Notes under the pieces: model-generated
What the model was told of the DNA's origin: nothing
The model's database searches: none
What the model saw: the letters and a program-made list of their open reading frames with translations, nothing else
Translations under genes and position numbers: made by a program
IMG/VR virus record: IMGVR_UViG_3300042484_003756
Location: 8,760-72,759 of that record
DNA length: 64,000 nt
Origin: a virus
Reading direction: 5' to 3' (one strand)
Part shown: in pieces, positions 18,993-29,009 of the stretch
Layout: each line of letters opens with the position of its first letter
Numbering within the stretch: position 1 is the first letter of the stretch

Positions 18993-20513
18993 TTATCTTT
19001 CCAACTTTACTAATAGCATTTTTTCAATTGATTCAACAGCTCTTGGTCCATAAATGCTTTGGATTTTATCTTTAAAGCTCTGGTTCGAGTGATATTCATG
19101 AAAAGCATCATCTCTGAATTTTAAAATTTGATCTCTCGATAAATTTTCATGAATAACAGGTAAAGTTTTCTTTCCTAAAAAAGAATATTCTTCATATTCC
19201 TTAGGTAGTATTGAATTATTATCATAAGCCTCTTTATAAATTTTACTACCAGGTAAAGCGATTGCAGGATATCCATTCCATCCACAAGTATTAAGTTTTT
19301 TTGAAAAATCTAAAGTTTCTTGCATTGTCTCCAAACTATCACCAGGAAGACCAAAAATATAATTTGCCATAACTTGAATACCAGAGTCTTCAACTTGCTT
19401 TACGACTTTTTCAATATCTACATCTTCAAATTTGCCTTTAGTTACCTCTAATCTTACAGTTTTGTTGGCACTCTCGATTCCAAGAGCTAGCCATTTGATT
19501 CCAGCTGATTTGACTAAACTCAAAATCTCAGGATTTCTTACAGTATCAATTCTGGAATATGCCCACATTCTAAACTCAGCGCCCATTCCAGATTCTGTAA
19601 TCAAACTGCAAAGAGGTTCGTAATATTTTTTATTAAGTAAAAACATTTCATCTGTAATTTTGATTGTTCTTACTCCTAAGTCATAAAGTTTTTGAAACTC
19701 TTTAAAAATAAATTCTGGAGACCAAAATCTCATTTTTGAATAATTGCTAGCAACACCAATTTCTTCATTATCATTTCTGTTTATAATATTAATCATACAA
19801 AATGAGCAGCCAAATTGACAGCCTAATGAAGTTTGAATTGCAGCATAAGGCGACCTGTTCTCATCAATGTACTCAGCATGCCAATATGGTGATCGATATA
19901 AATCTAAAGGCTTTTCTTTAAATGGAAGTAAGTCCCAAGCGTATCCTGGTAGATCTGTATCCATTTTTTCGTTTGGTACTATTTGTTCTGGATCATTAAA
20001 AATAATTTCTCCATCTTTTCGCCAAGCTATACCTTTAATATCTTCTAAGTTTTCAAGATTGATATCTGTCTTCAAAATGTTTCTTAATGCATAAACACCT
20101 TCATTCATAAAAATAAAATCAATAGATTTCTCTTCAGTCAAAGTCTTTTTAGGCAGTGCTTGAACATAGGAGCCAACATATGAAATAGGTGTTTTTAATC
20201 CAGAATTTTTGATATATTCAGAAAATTTGACAGAATCAGTCATTGATACTGTGCCAGAATTGACATTTTGACCATAAACAACAAAACATATCAACCTTGG
20301 ATTTTTTTGTTCAATTCTTTTTAATCCTTCTTCAAAAGATAAATTTTCTGCATTCATATCGAGAATTGCAACTTTATAATCTACTGAACGGCAAGATTGA
20401 GCTAAAAGCAATGACCAAGTTGGAGGCTCAATAGCAGCTAAATTATTAGCCAAACTTTGATAAACTATGTTAGATCCACCTGGATTTACAAACAAAACGT
20501 CTAAATTATTCAT
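18993..20513 (-). CDS. Cobalamin-binding radical SAM protein
   Basis: N-terminal B12-binding-like domain (EPP..LLLA), GCQFGCSFC CxxxCxxC motif, LGIES and YIFGLPGD. Confidence 0.85.
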   Translation of the reverse strand: MNNLDVLFVNPGGSNIVYQSLANNLAAIEPPTWSLLLAQSCRSVDYKVAILDMNAENLSFEEGLKRIEQKNPRLICFVVYGQNVNSGTVSMTDSVKFSEYIKNSGLKTPISYVGSYVQALPKKTLTEEKSIDFIFMNEGVYALRNILKTDINLENLEDIKGIAWRKDGEIIFNDPEQIVPNEKMDTDLPGYAWDLLPFKEKPLDLYRSPYWHAEYIDENRSPYAAIQTSLGCQFGCSFCMINIINRNDNEEIGVASNYSKMRFWSPEFIFKEFQKLYDLGVRTIKITDEMFLLNKKYYEPLCSLITESGMGAEFRMWAYSRIDTVRNPEILSLVKSAGIKWLALGIESANKTVRLEVTKGKFEDVDIEKVVKQVEDSGIQVMANYIFGLPGDSLETMQETLDFSKKLNTCGWNGYPAIALPGSKIYKEAYDNNSILPKEYEEYSFLGKKTLPVIHENLSRDQILKFRDDAFHEYHSNQSFKDKIQSIYGPRAVESIEKMLLVKLER

Positions 20514-20677
20514 ATATTTTTATCTTTTATAATTAAATTTTTATTAAGCATCTAATGTAAATAAAAATGTAATGTACTCTATTTTACGTTGCATTTTTGT
20601 AATTTGAAATTTTATGATTTATTCATTCAAAAAACATTTTTTATAAGTTATCAATTGAATCAAATTATCATTTTTTC

Positions 20678-21619
20678 TTAAAGATTAGTAAAATCTTTAT
20701 TCTTGAAATTTGATATCATCTTATAAGCACTCAATAATTCTTGAATTCCAGCGTCTAAAGAATAATCGCAGAACCATCCTGTTTTTTCAAGTTTTTCATT
20801 AGAAACAATATAATTTCTCTTATCGAAATCTTCCTTGAATTGTTCTTCAATGATTACCAAATTTGGAACATATTCCTTGATTTTCTGAGCAAGTTGAAGC
20901 TTAGACATATTTGCAGAAGTAAGACCAACATTAAATGAATTATTGTTGCAAGTCTGGTAATTTTCAATTAAATGGACAAATGCCTTAGCAACGTCTCTCA
21001 CATGAACATAGTTTCTAAGAAAATGTGATTCAAATAAAACTAAAAACTCATCAGTAAAAGCCCTGTAAGTAAAATCATTAACGAGTAAATCCATTCTTTG
21101 ACGATATGAAACTCCAAACACTGTAGCAAGTCTAAGAGAAATTCCATTACCAGAATCTAGAACTGCTTTTTCTGCATCACACTTCGTTTGTGCATATAAT
21201 GAAAGTGGATTGAATGGACTTTCTTCAGTGATGATAGTGTCTGAACTGCCATATTGAGAATTTGTGTTTGGAACAAGAAGTTTTTGACTGCTTCTCATAT
21301 AAGCAATAATGTCGTCAATTTGTTGATAATTTATAGCTACTGTTAGATCTGGATCTTTTTTACAAGCTGGCATACCAACAATTGCTGCTAAAGGAATGAT
21401 AATGTCATTAGCTTCCACAAGATCTGACAAGAGTTGATAATCACGTACATCACCAACTACAAGTTTGAAGTTTTTATTATGGCAAAATGAAGTCAACGAA
21501 AGTTGCTTGTAAACAAGACTGTCTAAAACAGTAACTTGATATCCTTTAGATAAAAGAACTTCTGTTAATGTAGATCCAAGATATCCAGCTCCACCAGTAA
21601 TTAGCACCTTCTCTATCAC
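20678..21619 (-). CDS. NAD-dependent epimerase/dehydratase (extended SDR)
   Basis: TGGAGYLG, LAAIVG, YAQTK and LRLATVFG. Confidence 0.85.
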   Translation of the reverse strand: MIEKVLITGGAGYLGSTLTEVLLSKGYQVTVLDSLVYKQLSLTSFCHNKNFKLVVGDVRDYQLLSDLVEANDIIIPLAAIVGMPACKKDPDLTVAINYQQIDDIIAYMRSSQKLLVPNTNSQYGSSDTIITEESPFNPLSLYAQTKCDAEKAVLDSGNGISLRLATVFGVSYRQRMDLLVNDFTYRAFTDEFLVLFESHFLRNYVHVRDVAKAFVHLIENYQTCNNNSFNVGLTSANMSKLQLAQKIKEYVPNLVIIEEQFKEDFDKRNYIVSNEKLEKTGWFCDYSLDAGIQELLSAYKMISNFKNKDFTNL

Positions 21620-22017
21620 CAGCTAATCTCCCAATCTTTAAAATCTGCGGCTAAACAATCAATCTTGTAATCTTTTCTACCACCAACTACTTCTTGAATT
21701 TTATTTTTAGCTGTATTTCTAATACCATTCAAGCCGTGAGTTAACTCAAGGCTGTTTCCTTCTTTGATGCCTTTTCTATAGTTAGATTCATTTTGCCATA
21801 TATGCAGATTCATTTGTGCTAAAACTACAATAGCTCTAATAGTTTCAGCATCAATTTTGTTTTTATTCTCATCTAAAAGAAATTGTATGTCGTGGATAAT
21901 GTCTTTTATTTCTTGAGCATAAGCCTCTTTATTATCTACAATAAAAACTTCTTTAAGTTGAATTATTGAAAGGCGATCAATGAGCTCAGAAAGTGTAGGT
22001 AAGTATTTTCTAGACAT
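21616..22017 (-). CDS. Small helical protein of sugar-modification loci (possibly DUF4254-like)
   Basis: LSELIDRLSIIQLK, NLHIWQNE and LNGIRN pattern; the family assignment is from memory and tentative. Confidence 0.55.
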   Translation of the reverse strand: MSRKYLPTLSELIDRLSIIQLKEVFIVDNKEAYAQEIKDIIHDIQFLLDENKNKIDAETIRAIVVLAQMNLHIWQNESNYRKGIKEGNSLELTHGLNGIRNTAKNKIQEVVGGRKDYKIDCLAADFKDWEISW

Positions 22018-22023
22018 AATCTA

Positions 22024-22067
22024 ATTATACTTCGTTTTGAGCTTCGTAAATCAATGTAATGTATAAT
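22024..22067. promoter_or_regulatory. Back-to-back divergent GTATAAT -10 elements
   Basis: Minus strand: GTATAAT-tagatt-ATG(22017). Plus strand: GTATAAT at 22061-22067, 9 nt before ATG 22077. Confidence 0.55.
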
Positions 22068-22076
22068 TACCTAAGT

Positions 22077-23042
22077 ATGATAAAAAATGTAGTATTATTC
22101 AACGACCACGGTATAGGTGATTTGATATGGTCAAGACATATTGTGAATTATATTTTACCGCATTTACAAAAGCAAAATATCAGTTTGAGTTTCAATCATA
22201 AATACAATAAAAGTATATTAAATTTTAATGAAAATATTACATTAGGTAGTTATCGTGATTGCATAAGTTTCATTTCTCCAATAAATGAGCAAAATATGTA
22301 TCCAATTCATTGCCCTCATGCAAGTATTACTTATGAAAATTTTGTTTTTATAAACACTTGGCTTTTGTTTTCAAATTCATATTTGAGTGAACTTCGCAAT
22401 TTAAACAACCCTGAAAACAATCCTGAAAATATGTCTGTAAATTTAGTCAATTTTGATATTTTAGCTTTATTAGCAAATGATATTATAAATATTATAGAAA
22501 AAAAATGTAATATTTCTATTCCGAAAGCTACTGGAGATTTGTTATTTCCACATTGCAATAAGAACTTATGCAAAATAGATCAAATTGATAGGTTTTTTGA
22601 AAATCAAAAATTTTCTAATTATGTTTTAGTTTCAAATGGTGATTCTAGAAGCGGTCAAACTGAAAATTTCAATGTTTATGAGTGGCTTGAACCTGTAATT
22701 CAAATGTATCCAGATTGTGGATTTATTTTTACTGAAAAAATACTTAAAACCAATTATAAAAATGTAATTACGACTTCTAACTTTCCAGCTAGGCAGTCAC
22801 TAGATAATATTGAATATATGAGTACAAAATGCAAAGTACTTTTTACGAGATCTAGCGGTCCAGGTCATATATTTTTCAATAGAGATAATTGTTTTGATTC
22901 TAGCAAAACTATAATTGCATATACTAAACACAAAAACACAGCTTTTTTGTATGAAAAAGGTACTTGTAATTATATCTGGAGCAATATTTTTACTCAAGAA
23001 AATTTAGTTGAAAATTTTAAAAATGTTTTATCTGAAATATAA
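22077..23042 (+). CDS. Putative GT-B glycosyltransferase (GT9-like)
   Basis: N-terminal HGIGDL and C-terminal RSSGPGH resemble the GT9 xIGD and DSGPxH motifs. The start is placed at the second Met, downstream of the -10 element. Confidence 0.5.
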   Translation: MIKNVVLFNDHGIGDLIWSRHIVNYILPHLQKQNISLSFNHKYNKSILNFNENITLGSYRDCISFISPINEQNMYPIHCPHASITYENFVFINTWLLFSNSYLSELRNLNNPENNPENMSVNLVNFDILALLANDIINIIEKKCNISIPKATGDLLFPHCNKNLCKIDQIDRFFENQKFSNYVLVSNGDSRSGQTENFNVYEWLEPVIQMYPDCGFIFTEKILKTNYKNVITTSNFPARQSLDNIEYMSTKCKVLFTRSSGPGHIFFNRDNCFDSSKTIIAYTKHKNTAFLYEKGTCNYIWSNIFTQENLVENFKNVLSEI

Positions 23043-23051
23043 GGAATAAAA

Positions 23052-24005
23052 ATGAAAATTGCATATGTGACAGGTTGCTTAGGTTTTATTGGAAGGCATG
23101 TTACTCAATGCCTTTTAGAAAAAGATTTTTATGTGTATGGTATTGACAATTGCACTTACGCATCAGACCTGAGTTGCATTGAAATTTTTTCTTCTTATAA
23201 AAATTTTAAGTTTGAGAATAAAAATATTTGTGATATCAACAGATTAGTAGATTGTGATTATTTTATAAATATTGCTGCTGAAACTCATGTTGATAATTCT
23301 ATTAGAGATAGTAAAATTTTTATTGATTCAAACATTTATGGAGTCCATAACATACTAGAGCTTCTTAAAGTTTATAAAAAAGAAGGCTATGTTGTTCCAA
23401 GATTAATTCATTTTAGCACTGACGAGGTATACGGAGATATATCTGAAGGTGAACATTTTGAAACAGACATTCTAAAACCTAGCAATCCATATTCCGCTTC
23501 AAAAGCTTCTGCAGATCAACTTATAATTGCTTGGTCTAGAACTTATGATATTCCATATAATATCATCAGACCTACAAATAATTATGGTATAGGTCAATAC
23601 GTTGAAAAGTTGATTCCTAAAGCTTGTAAATTTATTGGATTAGGAAGAAAAATACCTCTTCATAATCAAGGTACTCCGATTCGTAATTGGTTACACGCAA
23701 AAGATACAGCCAGAGCTGTACTTTCTATTATTGATTCAGGTTTAGCTAATGAAATTTACAATGTAGCTGGTGGATTTGAACAATCAAACATAGAGACAGT
23801 TAAAAAAGTAATCAATACATATTATGGAAAAGAAATGCCAAATTATGAAAATTTTGTAAATTTTGGAATTGAAAGACCTGGACAAGATGTCAGATATGCA
23901 CTTAATGATGACAAGATTCGCAGCTTAGGATGGAGACCATTGTGCGTTTTTGATGATGAGATTGCTCATATAGTTGAATATTACAAAAACAACTTCATTT
24001 GGTAG
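23052..24005 (+). CDS. rmlB: dTDP-glucose 4,6-dehydratase (RmlB/RfbB-like)
   Basis: TGCLGFIG, AAETHVDNSI, STDEVYG, PYSASKAS, NNYG and RPGQDVRY. Confidence 0.85.
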   Translation: MKIAYVTGCLGFIGRHVTQCLLEKDFYVYGIDNCTYASDLSCIEIFSSYKNFKFENKNICDINRLVDCDYFINIAAETHVDNSIRDSKIFIDSNIYGVHNILELLKVYKKEGYVVPRLIHFSTDEVYGDISEGEHFETDILKPSNPYSASKASADQLIIAWSRTYDIPYNIIRPTNNYGIGQYVEKLIPKACKFIGLGRKIPLHNQGTPIRNWLHAKDTARAVLSIIDSGLANEIYNVAGGFEQSNIETVKKVINTYYGKEMPNYENFVNFGIERPGQDVRYALNDDKIRSLGWRPLCVFDDEIAHIVEYYKNNFIW

Positions 24006-24008
24006 AAT
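24001..24008 (+). promoter_or_regulatory. -10 element (GGTAGAAT), putative leaderless promoter
   Basis: TAGAAT-atatat-ATG(24015); overlaps the rmlB stop codon. Confidence 0.45.
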
Positions 24009-24014
24009 ATATAT

Positions 24015-24815
24015 ATGAATAATAGAGAATTTGAATGTGTAAGAATTCTTACAGACTTGGTTGAAAATTATGGACTTGTTGGAATTAAAACAAGTTTTGA
24101 AGATGAAGGTGCAAGTTTCAATGAAGTTCTCAGACTTAAAGAAATTTGTAATCAATCAAAAACCAAAGTTACATTAAAGATTGGTGGTCCAGAAGCCATA
24201 AGAGACATCAAAGATTCTATGATAATTGGTGTAAAAGGCTTAGTGGCTCCAATGGTTGAGTCTGAATTTGGACTTACTAAATTTATTAATGCTGTAAATA
24301 ACAATTTACCTGTTGAAGTTGTCAGTTCGTTGCAGCTTAATGTAAATATTGAAACTATTACTGCTGTTTCAAATATTGATAAAATTTTATCCAACAAGCA
24401 AGCTGAGGCATTGTATGGAGTTACTCTTGGGAGAGTTGATTTAGTTTCATCAATGGGCCTTAATAGAAATTCTGTAAATTCTGAAGACATTTACAATATT
24501 GCACACAATGTTTTTGAAAAGACAAAAAAATTAGGCGCAAAAGCTTGTGTTGGCGGTGCTGTATCTATTGATTCTTTAGATTTCTTGAAAAAACTGCACT
24601 CTGAAAAATTACTAGACAAATTTGAAACCAGATACGCAATCTTTGATCCATCTATTACATTGAAAAACTTATCAAGAGCCCTATTTAAAGCTCAAATGCT
24701 TGAATATGAATGGCTTACTAATAAGATGGAATATTATCAAAATCAAGCTAATCAAGATGAAACTAGACTGAAAATGATTCAGTCACGCATCAATCAGTCG
24801 GCATCTGAACTTTGA
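24015..24815 (+). CDS. HpcH/HpaI aldolase / citrate lyase family protein
   Basis: KIGGPEA, APMVES, NIET and GRVDL motifs. Confidence 0.75.
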   Translation: MNNREFECVRILTDLVENYGLVGIKTSFEDEGASFNEVLRLKEICNQSKTKVTLKIGGPEAIRDIKDSMIIGVKGLVAPMVESEFGLTKFINAVNNNLPVEVVSSLQLNVNIETITAVSNIDKILSNKQAEALYGVTLGRVDLVSSMGLNRNSVNSEDIYNIAHNVFEKTKKLGAKACVGGAVSIDSLDFLKKLHSEKLLDKFETRYAIFDPSITLKNLSRALFKAQMLEYEWLTNKMEYYQNQANQDETRLKMIQSRINQSASEL

Positions 24816-25450
24816 GAGTACTTGTCACTGGTGGATCAAGAGGAATTGGTAAAGATATTTGTGACAAGTTTAAAAATGAAGGTCATGAAGTTATATCCCC
24901 ATCTCGTGAAGAACTTGATTTATCTAAACCTTTTTTATTTACTCCTGAAAAGATTGACATACTAGTAAATAATGCTGGAATCAATATAGTAGATTCTATC
25001 TTTGAAGGTGAGAATTACGAAGAATTAATGACAGTAAATTATTTCTCGCCTTTAAGATTATTCAAGCTTTGTTTGCCTTATATGAAGAAGCAAAACTATG
25101 GAAGAATTATCAACATAGGAAGTGTTTGGATTGATTATGCAAAACCTGGAAGATCCTCATATAGTGCTAGTAAAAATGCCTTACACTCTCTTACAAAAGC
25201 TATAACTGCTGAGTATGGTACTTATAATATTTTGGCAAATACTGTGTCTCCAGGGTTTTTTATTACAGATATGACTTTTAAAAATAATACAGAAGAAGAT
25301 TTGAAAGATTTAAGAAGTAAAATTCCACTTGGTAGATTAGGATATACAAATGAAGTTGCAGATTTAGTATATTTTTTGAGTATACAAAATTCATATATAT
25401 CTGGGCAAAATATAGTTATAGATGGTGGTTACTCATGTACAGCCAAATAA
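24812..25450 (+). CDS. Classical SDR oxidoreductase (FabG-like)
   Basis: TGGSRGIG, NNAG, YSASK, NTVSPG and IDGG; TTG start overlapping the upstream stop. Confidence 0.85.
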   Translation: MRVLVTGGSRGIGKDICDKFKNEGHEVISPSREELDLSKPFLFTPEKIDILVNNAGINIVDSIFEGENYEELMTVNYFSPLRLFKLCLPYMKKQNYGRIINIGSVWIDYAKPGRSSYSASKNALHSLTKAITAEYGTYNILANTVSPGFFITDMTFKNNTEEDLKDLRSKIPLGRLGYTNEVADLVYFLSIQNSYISGQNIVIDGGYSCTAK

Positions 25451-26481
25451 ATGTTAAATCAAAAATTAAAGATTATTCTGTAAATTTTGTAAGCTTAAGT
25501 GAGATACATAAACTAATTGGTGAAGATTATCATCTTGCAGTAGTTGACAAGAATGTTGCTAATTATTTTCCTAAATTTTATTTAGGTGATGTTATAGTTT
25601 TAGACACAGATGAAGACTTAAAATCATGGCGTGGTTTAGAAAAAATATTTGACGAATTTGCTGCAAAAAAAGTCAATACACAAACTAAACTCATAGTCAT
25701 TGGTGGCGGAGTATTACAAGATGCAGTTGGTTTTTGCGCTTCTGTTTATTGTAGAGGTATTGAGTATTATCTAGTTCCAACAACATTACTTTCTCAGATA
25801 GATAGCTGTGTTGGTGGAAAAACTTCTATCAATTATGGTTCGAGAAAAAATATTCTAGGCACATTTTATCCTCCAAAAGAAATTCTTATTTGCGAAGATT
25901 GGCTTTACGGTTTAAATAAAGAAAACTTTTGTAGTGGATTGGGAGAACTCTTTAAGTTTGATATTTTAAGGAATAAAATTCAAGAATCAAAAGTTAATGA
26001 ACTAATTTCTGGAAATGAAAATGTTTTGCATCACATTTATGAAAGTCTAAAATATAAAATTTCTATTTTAGAAATTGATGAGTTTGATAAAAAAGAAAGA
26101 AAATATCTAAATTTTGGACATACATTTGGACATGCATTAGAAATAACTTCAAATTATAAGTTATCGCATGGATATGCAGTTGTAATTGGTTGCTTGATAG
26201 CATTGAAAATTAGTGTAGATTTGTTTGATTACAATAAAGAAGACTTTACTTTAGCATTAAATTTGGCAAAAAATATATTAAAAAATACCATTAATATAGA
26301 AGAAAATTGGTTTGATTATGATTCACTAATGGAATGTGTAAAATCAGACAAGAAAAATACTGGCTGTTTAAATATGGTGCTTCTAAAAGACAATAATCCA
26401 GTAATTCAAAAAATTGATGATTATTCTATAATTAAAGAGGCACTGGTAAATGTTTATGAAGCTCTCAGATTATGTAATTAA
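25435..26481 (+). CDS. 3-dehydroquinate-synthase-like sugar phosphate cyclase
   Basis: GGGVLQD, RGI..VPTTLLSQIDSCVGGKT, KNILG, LNFGHTFGHALE and HGYAV. Confidence 0.85.
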   Translation: MYSQINVKSKIKDYSVNFVSLSEIHKLIGEDYHLAVVDKNVANYFPKFYLGDVIVLDTDEDLKSWRGLEKIFDEFAAKKVNTQTKLIVIGGGVLQDAVGFCASVYCRGIEYYLVPTTLLSQIDSCVGGKTSINYGSRKNILGTFYPPKEILICEDWLYGLNKENFCSGLGELFKFDILRNKIQESKVNELISGNENVLHHIYESLKYKISILEIDEFDKKERKYLNFGHTFGHALEITSNYKLSHGYAVVIGCLIALKISVDLFDYNKEDFTLALNLAKNILKNTINIEENWFDYDSLMECVKSDKKNTGCLNMVLLKDNNPVIQKIDDYSIIKEALVNVYEALRLCN

Positions 26482-28180
26482 ATTTCTTCACGATAACTAT
26501 GACGTTGATACAATTTTCACTTTATCAGGTGGAGGATGTATACATTTAATAGATTCTCTTGGTAAATCAGAAGATGTAAATTACATAGCAACTCACCACG
26601 AACAAGCTGCAGCAATTGCAGCTGAGGGATATGCACGTAAGAAAAATAAACTTGGTGCCTGTCTTGTAACTTCTGGACCTGGCGGAACTAATGCTCTTAC
26701 TGGAACTCTTTGCAGTTTTTTGGATTCAATACCAGTAATTGTAATAAGCGGACAAGTCAACAAACCATTAACAACAAATTTTACAAATCTTAATCTAAGA
26801 CAACTTGGAGATCAAGAATTTGACATTGTAAAGACAGCTAAAACAATGACAAAATATGCTGTTCAAGTTAACAATCCTGACGAGATTAGATATCATTTAG
26901 AGAAAGCTTGTTATTTAGCAACAAATAAAAGACCTGGACCTGTTTGGGTAGATATTCCATTAGACGTACAATCTGCTCAAATTGATGTATCTAGCCTTAA
27001 GCCTTTTACACCAAGCCCATCTGATTACCAGACCAATGAATATGATTATGTTTCAATTATTGAAAGATGGAATAATTCAAAAAAACCATTATTAATTGTT
27101 GGTAACGGAGTAAGACTCTCTGGTGCCGTAGATTCTTTATTTGATTTATTAGATAAGACCAGCATACCTGTAATCACGGCTGTCAATGGAAATGATATTG
27201 TCAATGAATCTTATCCTTACTATTATGGTAGGTTTGGTACTCATGCTCAAATATGCGCAAATAAATTAATAAATGAAGCTGATTTTATCCTTTCTATTGG
27301 GTCAAGATTATATATAAGACAAATAGGATATAACTTTGATGATTTTGGAAAAAATGCATATAAAGTAGCCGTAGACATTGATCAAAATGAACTAGATAAG
27401 CCTACTTTAAGACTTGATGAAAAGATTTGTGAAGATGCTAAAAAATTTATAAACAATTTGAATGAAGTTTTCATAAAAAAATGTTCTGAAGATTGGTTGC
27501 AGCATTGTGAAACATTTAAAACTTTAAAAGTCTTAGACAAGCATAGAGATAAAAAAGACTTTGTGAGCAACTATTATCTGATTGAAAAATTATCTCAAAT
27601 TTTACCGCAAGATTATGACATTGTTACAAGTGACGGTTCTGCAAATGTAATTACTATGCAAGTGATCGAACTTAAAGACAATCAAAGACTTATAACTAAT
27701 ACTGGCTGTGCTCCAATGGGATATGGTTTACCCTGTGCTGTAGGAGTTGCTTCTACTGGTCAAAAAACATTGTGTATTGAAGGCGATGGTAGTTTACATT
27801 TAAATATCCATGAATTACAAACAATGATGCATAATAATCTTCCAATCAAATTATTATTGTTGAATAATGATGGATATTTGTCAATTAAAGTTACACAAAA
27901 AACTTTTTTCAATGGTCATTATGTTGCTTCAGAAAAATCTAGTGGAGTGTCTTTTCCTGATTTTAAAAAAATAGCAGATGCTTATAGTATTCCATATTTT
28001 GAAATTAAAACAAATAATGAAGTTGATAAAGTTTTAGATAATTTTTTAAACTTTGAAGGGCCTTGTTTTTGCCAAGTATTTACCGATCCCAATGAAATTT
28101 TTGAACCTAGAGTAGTTGCAAAAATGGATGAAAATGGCAAGTTTATTCCAGGTCGATTATCCGAAGCTCAATGGAGTTAA
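26456..28180 (+). CDS. TPP-dependent acetolactate-synthase-like enzyme (YerE-like)
   Basis: HHEQAAAIAAEGY, TSGPGGTN, RPGPVWVDIP, MGYGLP and GDGS..NNDGY TPP motif, in a sugar-locus context. Confidence 0.82.
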   Translation: MKLSDYVIKFLHDNYDVDTIFTLSGGGCIHLIDSLGKSEDVNYIATHHEQAAAIAAEGYARKKNKLGACLVTSGPGGTNALTGTLCSFLDSIPVIVISGQVNKPLTTNFTNLNLRQLGDQEFDIVKTAKTMTKYAVQVNNPDEIRYHLEKACYLATNKRPGPVWVDIPLDVQSAQIDVSSLKPFTPSPSDYQTNEYDYVSIIERWNNSKKPLLIVGNGVRLSGAVDSLFDLLDKTSIPVITAVNGNDIVNESYPYYYGRFGTHAQICANKLINEADFILSIGSRLYIRQIGYNFDDFGKNAYKVAVDIDQNELDKPTLRLDEKICEDAKKFINNLNEVFIKKCSEDWLQHCETFKTLKVLDKHRDKKDFVSNYYLIEKLSQILPQDYDIVTSDGSANVITMQVIELKDNQRLITNTGCAPMGYGLPCAVGVASTGQKTLCIEGDGSLHLNIHELQTMMHNNLPIKLLLLNNDGYLSIKVTQKTFFNGHYVASEKSSGVSFPDFKKIADAYSIPYFEIKTNNEVDKVLDNFLNFEGPCFCQVFTDPNEIFEPRVVAKMDENGKFIPGRLSEAQWS

Positions 28181-28181
28181 T

Positions 28182-29009
28182 ATGAAGAAAATTTTGATTA
28201 CTGGTAGTAATGGATATGTTGCTAGAAATATAGCAAAAAATTTATGTAATTATGATTTGACATTTACAGAAAGATCAAATTTAAACTTACTAGATCCTAA
28301 AACTGTAAAAAATTTTTTCAAATATAATTATTTTGATGTAGTAATACACACTGCAACTTCAGGTGGAAGCAGACTTGAAAAAGATAATTCAGATGTGTTT
28401 TTTGAAAATTGCATTATGCATCAAAATATTTTAGATAATGCCTCTTCATTTGATAAATATATATCTTTTGGGTCAGGAGCTGAATTAGACAGAAGATATG
28501 ACATAGATCCTTCTGTAGATATTAAAAGTTCATTTCCGATTGATCCTTATGGTATGAGTAAAAATTTTATAGCAAAATCAGGTCTTTTATATCCAAATTT
28601 TCACAACATAAGGATATTTAATGTATTTAATGAAGATGAATTGTCTACAAGAATGATAAAAGCAAATATAATTAATTACATAAATAAAAAACCAATAGTA
28701 ATTCATCAAGACAAATGGATGGACTTTTTTTACATGAATGATTTATGTGAAGTTTTAAAATTTGTTATTGATTCAAACTCACCACAAAAAATTATTAATT
28801 GTTCATATCAAGAAAAATACAAACTTAGTACAATAGCTGAAATAATCAATCAATTATCTAATTACAAAGTTGATATTGTAATAGAAAGCAATTCTTTTGG
28901 TCTAAATTATTACGGTGATTACAATTTGCATTTATTTGATATGGATTTATCTGGATTGCATTTAGGTATAACAAATACATACAATAAATTAAGGAATGAA
29001 TTAAATTGA
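28182..29009 (+). CDS. NAD-dependent epimerase/reductase (extended SDR)
   Basis: TGSNGYVA, GSGAE and YGMSK. A GGAG RBS precedes ATG 28182; the ORF-track start at 28116 overlaps the upstream gene. Confidence 0.8.
   Translation: MKKILITGSNGYVARNIAKNLCNYDLTFTERSNLNLLDPKTVKNFFKYNYFDVVIHTATSGGSRLEKDNSDVFFENCIMHQNILDNASSFDKYISFGSGAELDRRYDIDPSVDIKSSFPIDPYGMSKNFIAKSGLLYPNFHNIRIFNVFNEDELSTRMIKANIINYINKKPIVIHQDKWMDFFYMNDLCEVLKFVIDSNSPQKIINCSYQEKYKLSTIAEIINQLSNYKVDIVIESNSFGLNYYGDYNLHLFDMDLSGLHLGITNTYNKLRNELN

Noticed and set aside
25435-28180. aroB and ilvB for amino-acid biosynthesis
   Set aside because: No other shikimate or ilv genes and no ALS small subunit are present, and the genes are coupled to sugar enzymes, so gene symbols were withheld.
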